64,000 nucleotides of DNA from positions 1,798,001 through 1,862,000 of the forward strand of contig NW_026782299.1 of assembly GCF_031769215.1 (NCBI RefSeq). The letters run 5' to 3'. Shown one piece after another: positions 48,301 to 59,905 of this stretch. The notes beneath the pieces are model-generated. The model searched no databases and was not told the DNA's origin. It saw nothing but the letters and a program-made list of their open reading frames with translations. Positions within the stretch are counted from its first letter, which is position 1, and each line of letters opens with the position of its first letter. This DNA is from Ylistrum balloti (Eukaryota). The position numbers and the translations under genes are program-made.

Positions 48301-49492
48301 TATTTTGTATTGTTTACTTAACATTTTGATATTTTAGGAATACGATGAAGTCGGTGTAAATTGTTTTGCTTGCTACACACATGTACACAATACAATACTA
48401 CAGAGACAGTTGACAACAGCTGGGGCAGGCTTCAGTGTAAGACGTGTGAGTTAATTTTGGTCGATTTTACGCATCTGTCACCATCGCTACATCTTTTCTT
48501 ACTCACGAATTTTACTCTAATTCTAACTTCGTTACTCTGTGTAATGTTATAATTCATGTAAACCCGTTTAAAATCAGAGGTCTCCATTAACACCAAATCA
48601 TTAATTGCACAATGCTGCAAATATAAATGACAAATTCTTAATAAAAATACAGTTGTTTACATACCGAAAGGTTCCTAGATTTTACTATAATACATGTGTA
48701 TGTCTCTCGATAAACTTTATAAAGCTCACAATAAGGACAACTTCATTTTTATCTCTTCACATTAATTATGAATAATGATTAAATTACTAGTAATCAAACA
48801 AGATAAAAAGTTTGTACCATGTGATATCACACGGGAAACTGAAGACAGACAGGTGTATTTTGATAAGTTTTTGTCATGTAGTCTGTTTCAATCCCTCAAC
48901 CCTATCACGAATTCATCAACCATATCGAATCCATCAACCCTATATCGAATTCATCAACCCTATATCGAACCCATCAACCCTATATCGAATTCATCAACCC
49001 TATATCGAACCCATCAACCCTATATCGAATCCATCAACCCTATCTCGAATCCATCAACCCTATATCGAATCCATCAACCCTATCTCGAATCCATCAGCCC
49101 TATATCGAATCCATCAACCCTATATCGAACCCATCAACCCTATATCGAATCCATCAACCCTATATCGAATCCATCCACTTTTGATCATAGACTTTTTAGC
49201 TGGTAGACGTATTCCTTGTGTCACGTAAGCATGTAAATTGACTATTTCTATGAAACTCTTGTAAATCTTCAAACTAAAGGGTAAAGTTTTATAGTGTAAT
49301 CCATGCGTGAAAATATGAATAAATAAAATATCGTAACCAAAGACCCAAGTCCAATGAAATGAAACATTTACTGAATATAGACCAACTTACCGAGTGTATA
49401 TTTTTCTCCGTGATATTGAGAACATGTCCAGAAACCACACTAAGGAAACACACGAGTAGTAAACTGGTCAGTGTTATCTTGACCGGCTTCAT
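42350..49492 (-). CDS. ER protein disulfide isomerase-family protein: signal peptide, Trx(CTPC), Trx-like without CxxC, ERp29 C-terminal (D) domain, HEEL; 416 aa
   Basis: Exons 49492-49391, 48136-48091, 46789-46621, 46299-46130, 45810-45749, 45248-45199, 44956-44797, 44625-44554, 44032-43980, 42861-42752, 42606-42350; all GT-AG with consistent phases; total 1251 nt. Signal peptide MKPVKITLTSLLLVCFLSVVSG; KCTPC...YNVDVFPTIGYF (cis-Pro loop)...FEGD; second Trx ...AFPSLFWIENG...YGGS; RTGVSRSKDGSLPSKAGRISDFD linker; FADYYIYLL...EER...KRKNILNQL D-domain pattern; C-terminal HEEL retention signal. Confidence 0.88.
45362..45552. repeat. 28-bp minisatellite with an internal hairpin, about 7 copies
   Basis: Unit CACCGCCTGGCGGTGTCAAAGGGAAGTA; ACCGC-CTG-GCGGT is self-complementary. 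Confidence 0.9.
46937..47010. mobile_element. 74-bp palindromic miniature element flanked by an 11-bp direct repeat
   Basis: AATCGGGAACCCTCGGCACTTTCCGCAAGCGAGAA-AATG-TTCTCGCTTACGGAAAATGCCGATGGTTCCCGATT forms a 35-bp stem with 3 mismatches. ACACATAGCCT occurs at 46926-46936 and 47012-47022. Confidence 0.7.
47370..47785 (+). pseudogene. Degenerate Tc1 transposase catalytic (DD34E) fragment in PDI intron 2
   Basis: GSLTDVRYRDVVIRHQVFP...LQQDNSRPHAA, then after a frameshift LSLVEKVWDEIGRRLR; matches Tc1 FQQDNARPH...DLSPIEHVWD. Confidence 0.8.
48890..49178. repeat. 20-bp minisatellite, about 14 copies, in PDI intron 1
   Basis: Unit CCATCAACCCTATATCGAAT. Confidence 0.93.
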
Positions 49493-50919
49493 TTTCTTTG
49501 TGATGAATGTTTGTATCACGTAAGTAAAATTAATACGTGTTTCAACAGTTCAATACTACCGAATCAATCTCTGGTGTTCATCTGTTCCTCCGAAAATTTT
49601 GCTAAAATATTTCCTTTCTCAGGTAAATTTTCTTCGAGAGCTGTATGTTACATGAATATGCCTTTTTTGTAGTAGTTTTAATATTTTACATTGATTTATT
49701 GGAGACACGTGTTTCGCATGGCACGTATACAACGCCGCCAGATGTTACCTACAACTTCCACGAGTGACCTCCCTTGTCCCGTTAATGATATAATTTGCTG
49801 TGCGAAAAAGGATCTTGAGCTTCGATTTTATACTTTCTTCACTTGAATGTCTTCAAATTCGTCCCGAGCGGTACGGTTCTTTTGTGATATATAACCACCT
49901 GATAACCTACATATATATACCAGTGGTTCATGGCCGCCATTCAGGCATTTCTGCGCTGTTTTATTATATTTATTGGAATTTTACAAAACATTTCTCGTTT
50001 ATTTGCAATCTCTATTTGTATAATGATATTTTCAAAGCCCTACATGTAAGTTGGAACAAAAATAATCAAAATTATAGTATTACGGTTACCAAATTACAAA
50101 TGTTTTCATTTTGTTTTACATATCAAACGTCATGTTCAAAATCTTCAGTAATCGAACTTTAGTTGTCTCATTTGTGGCCACACAAATTTCTATATACAGA
50201 AATTCTGATCAAGTCGTGTGTGATTCACGCACAAAATCAGAATACATGATAAATGTATTTAAAACAATATTCCCCTTCTGGAATCTGACTGATGTTAAGT
50301 ACGCTTTCTCATTTATCCACATAGTAAACAGTATTAGTCCTGAATCTGAAAAATCTGTCGAAGCTATTGGAAACAATAAGATTTTTAACATTTCGTTTAA
50401 AAAAACGCAAGTATTTTAAACACCAACTTGGTGATATTTCAGTTAAGTTTCCTCCTGTGCTGGCAAAAAAGGTACAAGTAGGTTTTAATTAATTTTTTTC
50501 TAATTATTGGATATGTTAACAACAATAACAAAAAAAAAAATCAATGTAAATTCAATTTTGTACATTTGTATTTCCATGGAAATTGTTACTTATTCAAGTC
50601 ACTAACAGACAAAAAACTGCTGTAAAACTTTCACAGAGTTTAACCTGTGTCAAGTTACTACGCGATTGAAAATGTGGCAGCAACCTTCAGCTGTCGCTGT
50701 TGATGGCACGAATCCTCTTGAAATGTATAATGCGTTTGCTTCACATTCAAGACGTTTGGCTGGAAATAGGATTTAATGTCCGATAAGGTTATTTGTGTTG
50801 CATTGTTAGCTGTCTTTCGTGGTACTAAAAAGTTTACCATGGAATTGAAAGTAGTGTTACTAACAAAAGATACCTTTAGGTTTCTGACAAAAAAGTGTTA
50901 TTTTTCACTAGGGATAATG

Positions 50920-53515
50920 TTTGTGTGCGTGGATGTCTTTTTCAGACATCTACCCTAACAAAGATAAATGTTTGTGTGCGTGAATGTCTTTTACAGATGT
51001 CCTTAAAGAGATAAATGTTTGTGTACGTGAATGTCTTTACAGACAGATATCCTTACAAAGATAAATGTTTGTGTGCGTGAATGTCTTTTACAGACAGATA
51101 TCCTTACAAAGATAAATGTTTGTGTGCGTGAATGTCTTTTTCAGATGTCCTTACAAAGATAAATGTTTGTGTGCGTGAATGTCTTTTACAGATGTCCTTA
51201 AAGAGATAAATGTTTGTGTACGTGAATGTCTTTACAGACAGATATCCTTACAAAGATAAATGTTTGTGTGCGTGAATGTCTTTTACAGACAGATATCCTT
51301 ACAAAGATAAATGTTTGTGTGCGTGAATGTCTTTTACAGACAGATATCCTTACAAAGATAAATATCCTTACAAAGATAAATGTTTGTGTGCGTGAATGTC
51401 TTTTACAGAGATATCCTTACAAAGATAAATGTTTGTGATAATGTCTTTTTGTGTGTTTGTGTGAACAGATATCCTTACAAAGATAAATGTTTGTGTGCGT
51501 GAATGTCTTTTTACAGATGTCCTTACAAGAGATAAATGTTTGTGTGCGTGAATGTCTTTTACAGACAGATATCCTTACAAAGATAAATGTTTGTGTGCGT
51601 GAATGTCTTTTACAGACAGATATCCTTACAAAGATAAATGTTTGTGTGCGTGAATGTCTTTTACAGACAGACAGATATCCTTACAAAGATAAATGTTTGT
51701 GTGCGTGAATGTCTTTTACAGACAGATATCCTTACAAAGATAAATGTTTGTGTGCGTGAATGTCTTTTTCAGATGTCCTTACAAAGATAAATGTTTGTGT
51801 ACGTGAATGTCTTTACAGACAGATATCCTTACAAAGATAAATGTTTGTGTGCGTGAATGTCTTTTTCAGACATCTACCCTAACAAAGATAAATGTTTGTG
51901 TGCGTGAATGTCTTTTACAGATAAATGTTTGTGTGCGTGAATGTCTTTTACAGACAGATATCCTTACAAGAGATAAATGTTTGTGTACGTGAATGTCAGA
52001 TATTTACAAAGATGTTTGTGTCCTTACAAAGATAAATGTTTGTGTGCGTGAATGTCTTTTACAGACAGATATCCTTACAAAGATAAATGTTTGTGTGCGT
52101 GAATGTCTTTTACAAAGATAAACGTGAAGATATCCTTACAAAGATAAATGTTTGTGTGCGTGAATGTCTTTTACAGACAGATATGTTTGTGTCCTTACAA
52201 AGATAAATGTTTGTGTGCGTGAATGTCTTTTAAACGTGAATGACAGATGTCCTTATAGAGATAAATGTTTGTGTACGTGAATGTCTTTACAGACAGATAT
52301 CCTTACAAAGATAAATGTTTGTGTGCGTGAATGTCTTTTACAGACAGATGTCCTTACAAAGATAAATGTTTATGTACGTGAATGTCTTTTACAGATGTCC
52401 TTAAAGAGATAAATTTTACAGACAGATATCCTTACAAAGATAAATGTTTGTGTGCGTAAATGTCTTTTTCAGATGTCCTTACAAAGATAAATGTTTGTGT
52501 GCATGAATGTCTTTTACAGACAGATATCCTTACAAAGATAAATGTTTGTGTGCGTGAATGTCTTTTACAGACAGATATCCTTACAAAGATAAATGTTTAT
52601 GTGTCTTTAAATGTTTGTGTGCGTGAATGTCTTTTACAGACAGATATCCTTACAAAGATAAATGTTTGTGTGCGTGAATGTCTTTTACAGACAGATATCC
52701 TTACAAAGATGCGTGAATGTCCTTAAAGAGATAAATGTTTGTGTACGTGAATGTCTTTAATATCCTTACGATATCCTTACAAAGATAAATGTTTGTGTGC
52801 GTGAATGTCTTTTACAGACAGATATCCTTACAAAGATAAATGTTTGTGTGCGTGAATGTCTTTTACAGACAGATATCCTTACAAAGATAAATGTTTGTGT
52901 ACGTGAATGTCTTTTACAGACAGATATCCTTAGAAAGATAAATGTTTGTGTGCGTGAATGTCTTTTACAGACAGATATCCTTACAAAGATAAATGTTTGT
53001 GTGCGTGAATGTCTTTTTCAGATGTCCTTACAAAGATAAATGTTTGTGTGCGTGAATGTCTTTTACAGACAGATATCCTTACAAAGATAAATGTTTGTGT
53101 GCGTGAATGTCTTTACTTTTACAAACAGGTGTCCTTACAAAGATAAATGTTTATGTACGTGAATGTCTTTTACAGACAGGTGTCCTTACAAAGATAAATG
53201 TTTGTGTGCGTGAATGTCTTTTACAGACAGATGTCCTTACAAAGATAAATGTTTGTGTGCGTGAATGTCTTTTACAGACAGATGTCCTTACAAGAGATAA
53301 ATGTTTGTGTGCGTGAATGTCTTTTTACAAAGATAAATGTTTGTGTGCGTGAATGTCTTTTTCAGATGTCCTTACAAAGATAAATGTTTATGTACGTGAA
53401 TTACTTTTACAGAAAGATATCCTTAGAAAGATAAATGTTTGTGTGCGGAAATGTCTTTACAGACAGATATCTTTACAAAGATAAATGTTTGTGTGCGTGA
53501 ATGTCTTTTACAAAT
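50920..53515. repeat. 51-bp minisatellite, about 50 copies, many truncated
   Basis: Unit AAGATAAATGTTTGTGTGCGTGAATGTCTTTTACAGACAGATATCCTTACA; gives the 17-aa period KINVCVRECLLQTDILT in the ORF track. Confidence 0.95.
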
Positions 53516-55479
53516 AGAGATTAACGTAAACATACACACAGATTGTGAATGAGAAACAATGGTGTCTCATTGTTCTATGACTTCCCTGATATCAATGTAA
53601 TGTCACATTGTCTATGAATATTGTTTTGTCACTCGTGTCATTACAACCAGCGAAGCTATGACTGGAGAACGGTTCCTATTAAATCAACCACACATTAATT
53701 GCACGATAATTAAATTCAATTTCTTTATTCCGGAAGTCTTATGGGTTTTAAGATTCAACAATACGCATGGAATATACTAATGTTCAATTGATATCTATTC
53801 GTTGTTACCTGTACTAATTCTTACACTCTAACCTATGCGCACTCTTAGACTCCGACAACACCACCACAATCCGATACCTGAACACACAACCGATCACACG
53901 CGTTCACTCACTCGAATTCGTTGCAAGTACTTTTGCACTAACTCGCATTTAGAATCATTTTAACCATGTACTACTTCCATGAATTACATAATTGTTGTAC
54001 AGGAGAGTGAGAGAACAACAATATTGTTAACATTAACAAAGACTATTTAGACATTTTACAGTACATCTGCACGTCGTTTAACTGCTACCGTGATGTAAGA
54101 TTTCCCAAGATGACCTAATTCTTTGACGTTATTGACACTTAGTAACTGGATAAGTTTAAATAAATTTAGATTAACGTACGATTTCAAATACTTAATGCGC
54201 AAATCTGAATAAAATGGACACTTTTCATTCATCTTGAATGTCCTAATCACCACATCGAGCACATACTGCACTGCTAATATTGTTATATTTTCTATTTTCT
54301 AAATCAAGTTACATGTGATGACAAATCGTCTTAAGTTTTTATTATATAAAATTGCATTCCAAAAGTATCTATCAGATGCTGATATGTTAAACATTTTGTA
54401 AAGTTACGAATATCTTATCAATCGGCTTGTGCATTATTTTTTAATCGCAATTATTATTTCATAAGTACCCTAACCCTAATTTGTCTAATTCTGTTTTTTT
54501 TTTTTAATTTACGATCCAATCATCGTTATCTAACAATCTTTGTTCGGTTCGTAACATGCTTTCAATACACAATTTTCAGTAACGTTAATTCTAGTCCAGT
54601 ATTTCAGTATTTTCAGTTTCCTTACTAGATGCATTGGGAATCTTCCCAAAAAATAATACACTACAAACATACACTGACGCACGTGTGACCAAAATGACCT
54701 CAGTGTTGTGGACATAAAAACGGCTTCAGTGACATACTAACTTAATGCCGTGACATGTATGGTGTCGTCACTAAAGAATATCGAGAGAAAATTACAGGCC
54801 AAGGAAAATGAAGAAATCGTAAAGCCTCGTTATGAAATGGATATTCATGAAAGACCATTCATAATAGTAATAAGAGTCAAGAAAGGGAGATAACCGAGTA
54901 TAAGTGACTCGATAATTATATAAGCAATATGTTGAAATCTTTTATTCGTCAGGACTGATATTCGATGTTTGATAAGTCTATGTTTATATATTTTTTTTTA
55001 TCTTTTTTTGATTCACACGAAAACAGACGTCAATGACGGTATGTATCTATCATTGTGCCTAAATTCTCGAGATCACGATCCCCAACTCTGGCAGTCGTAG
55101 AGGCCAAATAATATAGCCCAGGGGCGATGACATATCTACAACAGTTATATTTTATAGTAAGATCTGGTCAGGTAAGTTTTTTCCTCCCCTCCCCATTTAC
55201 CACAAGCATCAAGAACGGCCGGAGCCAGTCTGTCTGAAGTTAGCCGCTTGTAAATTTCTTTCAGCACCTCGACACGCGCAGAGCCAAACGGAAGAGAGTT
55301 CAATGAACAGGAGACAACTCATCCAGGAAGGTTACGGGAGCATGTCAAACGGCTAGGAAAATAGATTGTTGTAGAGTGTTAGGTGTTGTGTACATGAAAC
55401 GGATTTACACCGTTTTTTCTCAAAATTATATTAGAACAACCCATGACAACACATGTTATGACACATGTGATATAAGTGT

Positions 55480-56950
55480 CAAGTTATAACACATAAAAAC
55501 ACGTGTGGCGGTAATATCCGTCATAACACATGTAGCGGTAACGCCAGTCATAACACACGTGTAGCGGTAACGGCTGTCATAACACGTGTAGCGGTAACAT
55601 AAGTCATAAAACACGTGTAGCGGTAACATCTGTCACAACACACGTGTAACGGAAACGTCAATCATAACACACATGTAGAAATAACGTCAATCATAAGACA
55701 CGTGTAGCGGTAACATCAGTCATAACACACGTGTAGAAATAACGACAATCACAACACACGTGTAGCGTTAACATCAGTTATAACACACGTGTAGCGGTAA
55801 CATCAGTCGTAAAACATGTAGCGGTAACATCGGCCTTAACACATCTATAGTTGTAACAATTATAAAACACTTGCAGTGGTAACGTCAATTATATGACACG
55901 TGTATCGTTTTCATCGGTCTTAACCACAAATGGTGGTAACATAAGTCATAACACACGTGTAGCGGTAACGTCAGATCATAACACACGTGTAGCGGTAACG
56001 TCAGACCATAACACGCGTTTAGCGGTAACGTCAGACCATAACACACGTGTAGCGGTAACGTCAGACCATAACACACGTGTAGCGGTAACGTCAGCTCATA
56101 ACACACGTGTAGCGGTAACGTCAGATCATAACACACGGGTAGCGGTAACGTCAGATCATAACAAACGTGGAGCGGTAACATCAGACCATAACACACGTGT
56201 AGCGGTAACGTCAGATCATAACACACGTGTTGCGGTAACGTCAGCTCATAACACACGTGTAGCGGTAACGTCAGACCATAAAACACGTGTAGAGGTAACG
56301 TCAGACCATAACACACGTGTAGCGGAAACGTCAGACCATAACACACGTGTAGCGGTAACGTCAGACCATAACACACGTGTAGCGGTAACGTCAGACCATA
56401 ACACACGTGTAGCGGTAACGTCAGACAATAACACACGTGTAGCGGTAACAGCAGACCATAAAACACGTGTAGCGGTAACGTCAGACCATAAAACACGTGT
56501 AGTGGTAACGTCAGTCCATAACACACGTGTAGAGGTAACGTCAGATCATAACACACGTGTAGTGGTAACAGCAGACCATAACACACGTGTAGCGGTAACG
56601 TCAGACCATAAAACACGTGTAGCGGTAACGTCAGACCATAACACGCGTGTAGCGGTAACGTCAGTCCATAACACACGTGTAGCGGTAACGTCAGTTCATA
56701 ACACACGTGTAGAGGTAACGTCAGTCCATAACACACGTGCAGCGGTAGCGGTAACGTCAGACCATAACACGCGTGTAGCGGTAACGTCAGACCATAACAC
56801 ACGTGTAGCGGTAACGTCAGACCATAACACACGTGTAGCGGTAACGTCAGACCATAACACACGTGTAGCGGTAACGTCAGACCATAACACACGTGTAGCG
56901 GTAACGTCATTGATGACATACGTATAGGGGTAACATCAATGATGACACAC
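55480..56950. repeat. 30-bp minisatellite carrying ACACGTGT in nearly every unit
   Basis: Unit CATAACACACGTGTAGCGGTAACGTCAGAC; near-homogeneous at 55940-56910 and diverged at 55480-55870. Confidence 0.95.
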
Positions 56951-59862
56951 GTGAACGTTAATCTAGAGACGTGTGTTGTGCGTTAGTTTTGACACCTGCC
57001 AAGTGTCCGCCGAAATTGAGAGCCTGACGGCGTGTGACGAGGAGGTGGACTTTAAATGGCCATCACCGAGATTTTGTGTTCACGTTTCGTACACGTGATA
57101 GTGCTACGTGACACTCCATATGTATGACTTGACTGCAGGAAGAGATAGCAACGTACCCATGAAAACGCCCACTCAACAACAAAGCCGTAATTCTTGTACA
57201 CAAACACTAACTGTGCTGCATTTTGGGTGGCATTTCAACACGCCAAAATTATAATTTCACAGATTATAATATGTGTAATGAACAATATAGGCTTGATGTC
57301 GCCCAGTTGCCATTGAAACCACGTGATCAAATGTGTTCAGGAACATGCACGTAGTCTTTTAATGATTTATATAAGATGATTTCCTGTAATTCATATTTCA
57401 CTTTTTGTAGTTAGAAACTTTGTCATTATGACCCACAGAAAACGATTATTTTGTGACATCATACCTAATTTACAATGTCCTACGTCATACTGGTACATGT
57501 ATTCTTTGGTATGAATTTTAGCTTGTATTAAATGTACACACAGGTTATAGATTCAGATGGCTAATTCAAGAAGATTAAACGGTCAATTTAACAATGACAG
57601 GTCAGGTGAGAATCACTTTGCCGGAGTGATTGATTTACCAAGTTTGACCAAACAATAATATATTTGCCAGTGTTGGATGTTACATATAGCTTTGTCAAAG
57701 TCACAGGTACAAATGATGACTTATCACTGTACTCAGATATAAACCATATCTCACTGTGTTCTAGAGGGTCAGTTGAAATGACACAATATCAGCTGTTGTG
57801 TGTTATTTTCGCATTGTTATTTAAGTCAAAGGACAAGAAGTAAAATGTTCAAGGTCAAGTTATTGGAATATAACAAGTTCAATATCGAACTAGGTGTCGA
57901 GGGTCACCTTCACGGAATTGGATGGCATTTGTTCTGGATCGATAAAAAGTGTTCTAAAAAATAGCTCTGAAATAATTACACAGATTTCCCCGTGTCCATA
58001 GATATAGACCAGATCCGTTTTACTGGTAGATAAGGTATTATATTTTGGGACCGTTCCCTGTTTCTGCTCACCCCCTTCTCGTGGCCACCCTCCCTTCCTG
58101 GAGGTGTTGATGGACCTGTTCCACACGCGGTGTCAGATCAGCGCTAGTAATTGGTTTGGGCTGAATGCAATTTTATAGCTCAACTTTTGACTCTTTATAA
58201 TTTGATTTTTTCCCTCAGTAAATTAAACGTGTAAAATTAATCATGTATTGTTGTGTACAGCGTACCGATAGATAACCATATCTGTTTTGTAATATATTAT
58301 TTTTTTCTGACGTACGATTTAACAGCATTGTACTCGTTGTCCATATTTTTATTACATCATGGTGGTTTTCAAACAGATTACAGGATGGGAAGGTGATCGT
58401 CATTTTTTCGTCTCGAGTGACATTTTACAATAATGTAGAGTCTTCTTGAGGAATGTATTTCGCAAGTTCGTGTTTGAATTTCGCGGTTTTTTTACTATGA
58501 ATAACCATTTGGTTTGTGCAGTCACTTCCAATACTGATCTTCATCTCAAAAATAATAAACACTAAAGATACTGGTAGTTTTGCGTTCTTGGTGGAATTGA
58601 ACAACATACAAGAGGCCCGCCGCATATCATTAAGAGAAACTGAGGTAAACTATCTTGCCCAACAACACAACTACAACATGGGACGGTTCGTTTCCCATCT
58701 TCAAAATTTCAATCGCAGTTCGTGCGCATATCCATTTAGAGTCTGTATCAACTTGCACCGGGCATGTCTTATACGATTCCTATTCTTTACCACTATCTCA
58801 CTTCGTTTGTGTGTACCTCTTACTAAAATAAACTGTCGTGTATGATGTCTTTCGAACTTGGAACGCCTGCCTTCTACACCCAGAGTAATCTATATTTTCA
58901 ATGCCAAAACAATTGTCCGAAGACGTGTGACTATTAATTTCGAGAATCGAATAACATGTGAAATTCTGCCAAAGTGATATTAAAACCAGTAATTATATTC
59001 CGTTTGTGAACGGATTCCATTTTCAAGCTTCAGCAAACTGGCGTTGAACAATAAGACAAACATAATTCTTAAAAGTTTCCTCCGACGGAAACATTAAGGG
59101 AACAAAAAAACAATTGAAACAATGTTTATTTTCTTTTTTAAAGGAATTCAATGTGTCGCTTATTTCATGTATTGGGGCACTTGCAGAATCGGCTTCCTTA
59201 CATGTCTCCTAATAGGGAACATTGAAAAGAACACGAGATACCACATGCCTCTGACGGAACTCCTTGGGCCTTGTTACTCTCTTGTAAGCTCCTTTGTTCG
59301 ATGCCTTGTTTTCTACTCTTAGTGCCCGTTATTGCATCCATCCTCATATGACACTGTAAAATATCCCAAGAAGAAATGTCATTTTTGCACATATCTGAAG
59401 ATGTTAAGGAATAGCTAAACATTTGTGATAAATACAAAAATCTTCATTGTTTGTTTTCTTCCAAAATACTCTGAAGCTCATTTGTGAAAATAGTGCAATA
59501 CATTCTCATTTCATGTCTATGATTGCTTTGTTATTTTTTTTTTATAAAATGCTAATTCTGGCGAAATTTGTGAGTGGGGCTTCGTCTTGTGGGTACAGTT
59601 ATCAAACAATTCTGTGAAAGAATGGTAACTGTGGTCACGTCTGTATTCTGTATGTAGGTGTGGGTGGATGGGTGTGGGTGGGTGCGGGGATGTGTTCGAT
59701 GGAAGCTTCTCCTCTCGTCCCTCCTTTCTATTTCCCATCCCATTGTCACCGAAATTATTGAATTGTTCGCGCTCTCGCCCTTTCCAAAATCATGAATTCA
59801 CATCCGTTTTTTATAATCAATCTCATTGTTCCAATTTTTGAACTAAGATGTGGGTGACGAAG

Positions 59863-59905
59863 CATACGTCACGTGACAATTCTGGGTGATGGCCGCCATT
59901 GATGT
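59863..59905. promoter_or_regulatory. Promoter-like motif cluster: CLEAR/USF palindrome and YY1-like site
   Basis: GTCACGTGAC at 59868-59877, followed by GGCCGCCATTG (reverse strand CAATGGCGGCC). No gene could be assigned. Confidence 0.4.

Noticed and set aside
48507-48614. Candidate PDI exon HCAINDLVLMETSDF... (minus strand, CAG/GTGAGT bounded, phase 0)
   Set aside because: Including it splits the first Trx domain between NIHS and LLDKKKFLLV; the model without it gives a normal fold. A rare cassette exon is not excluded.
50920-53515. Cys-rich repetitive proteins (KINVCVRECLLQTDILT)n, and similar ORFs at 36891-37464, 45274-45658 and 48775-49228
   Set aside because: These are translations of minisatellites, broken by indels or lying inside introns of real genes.
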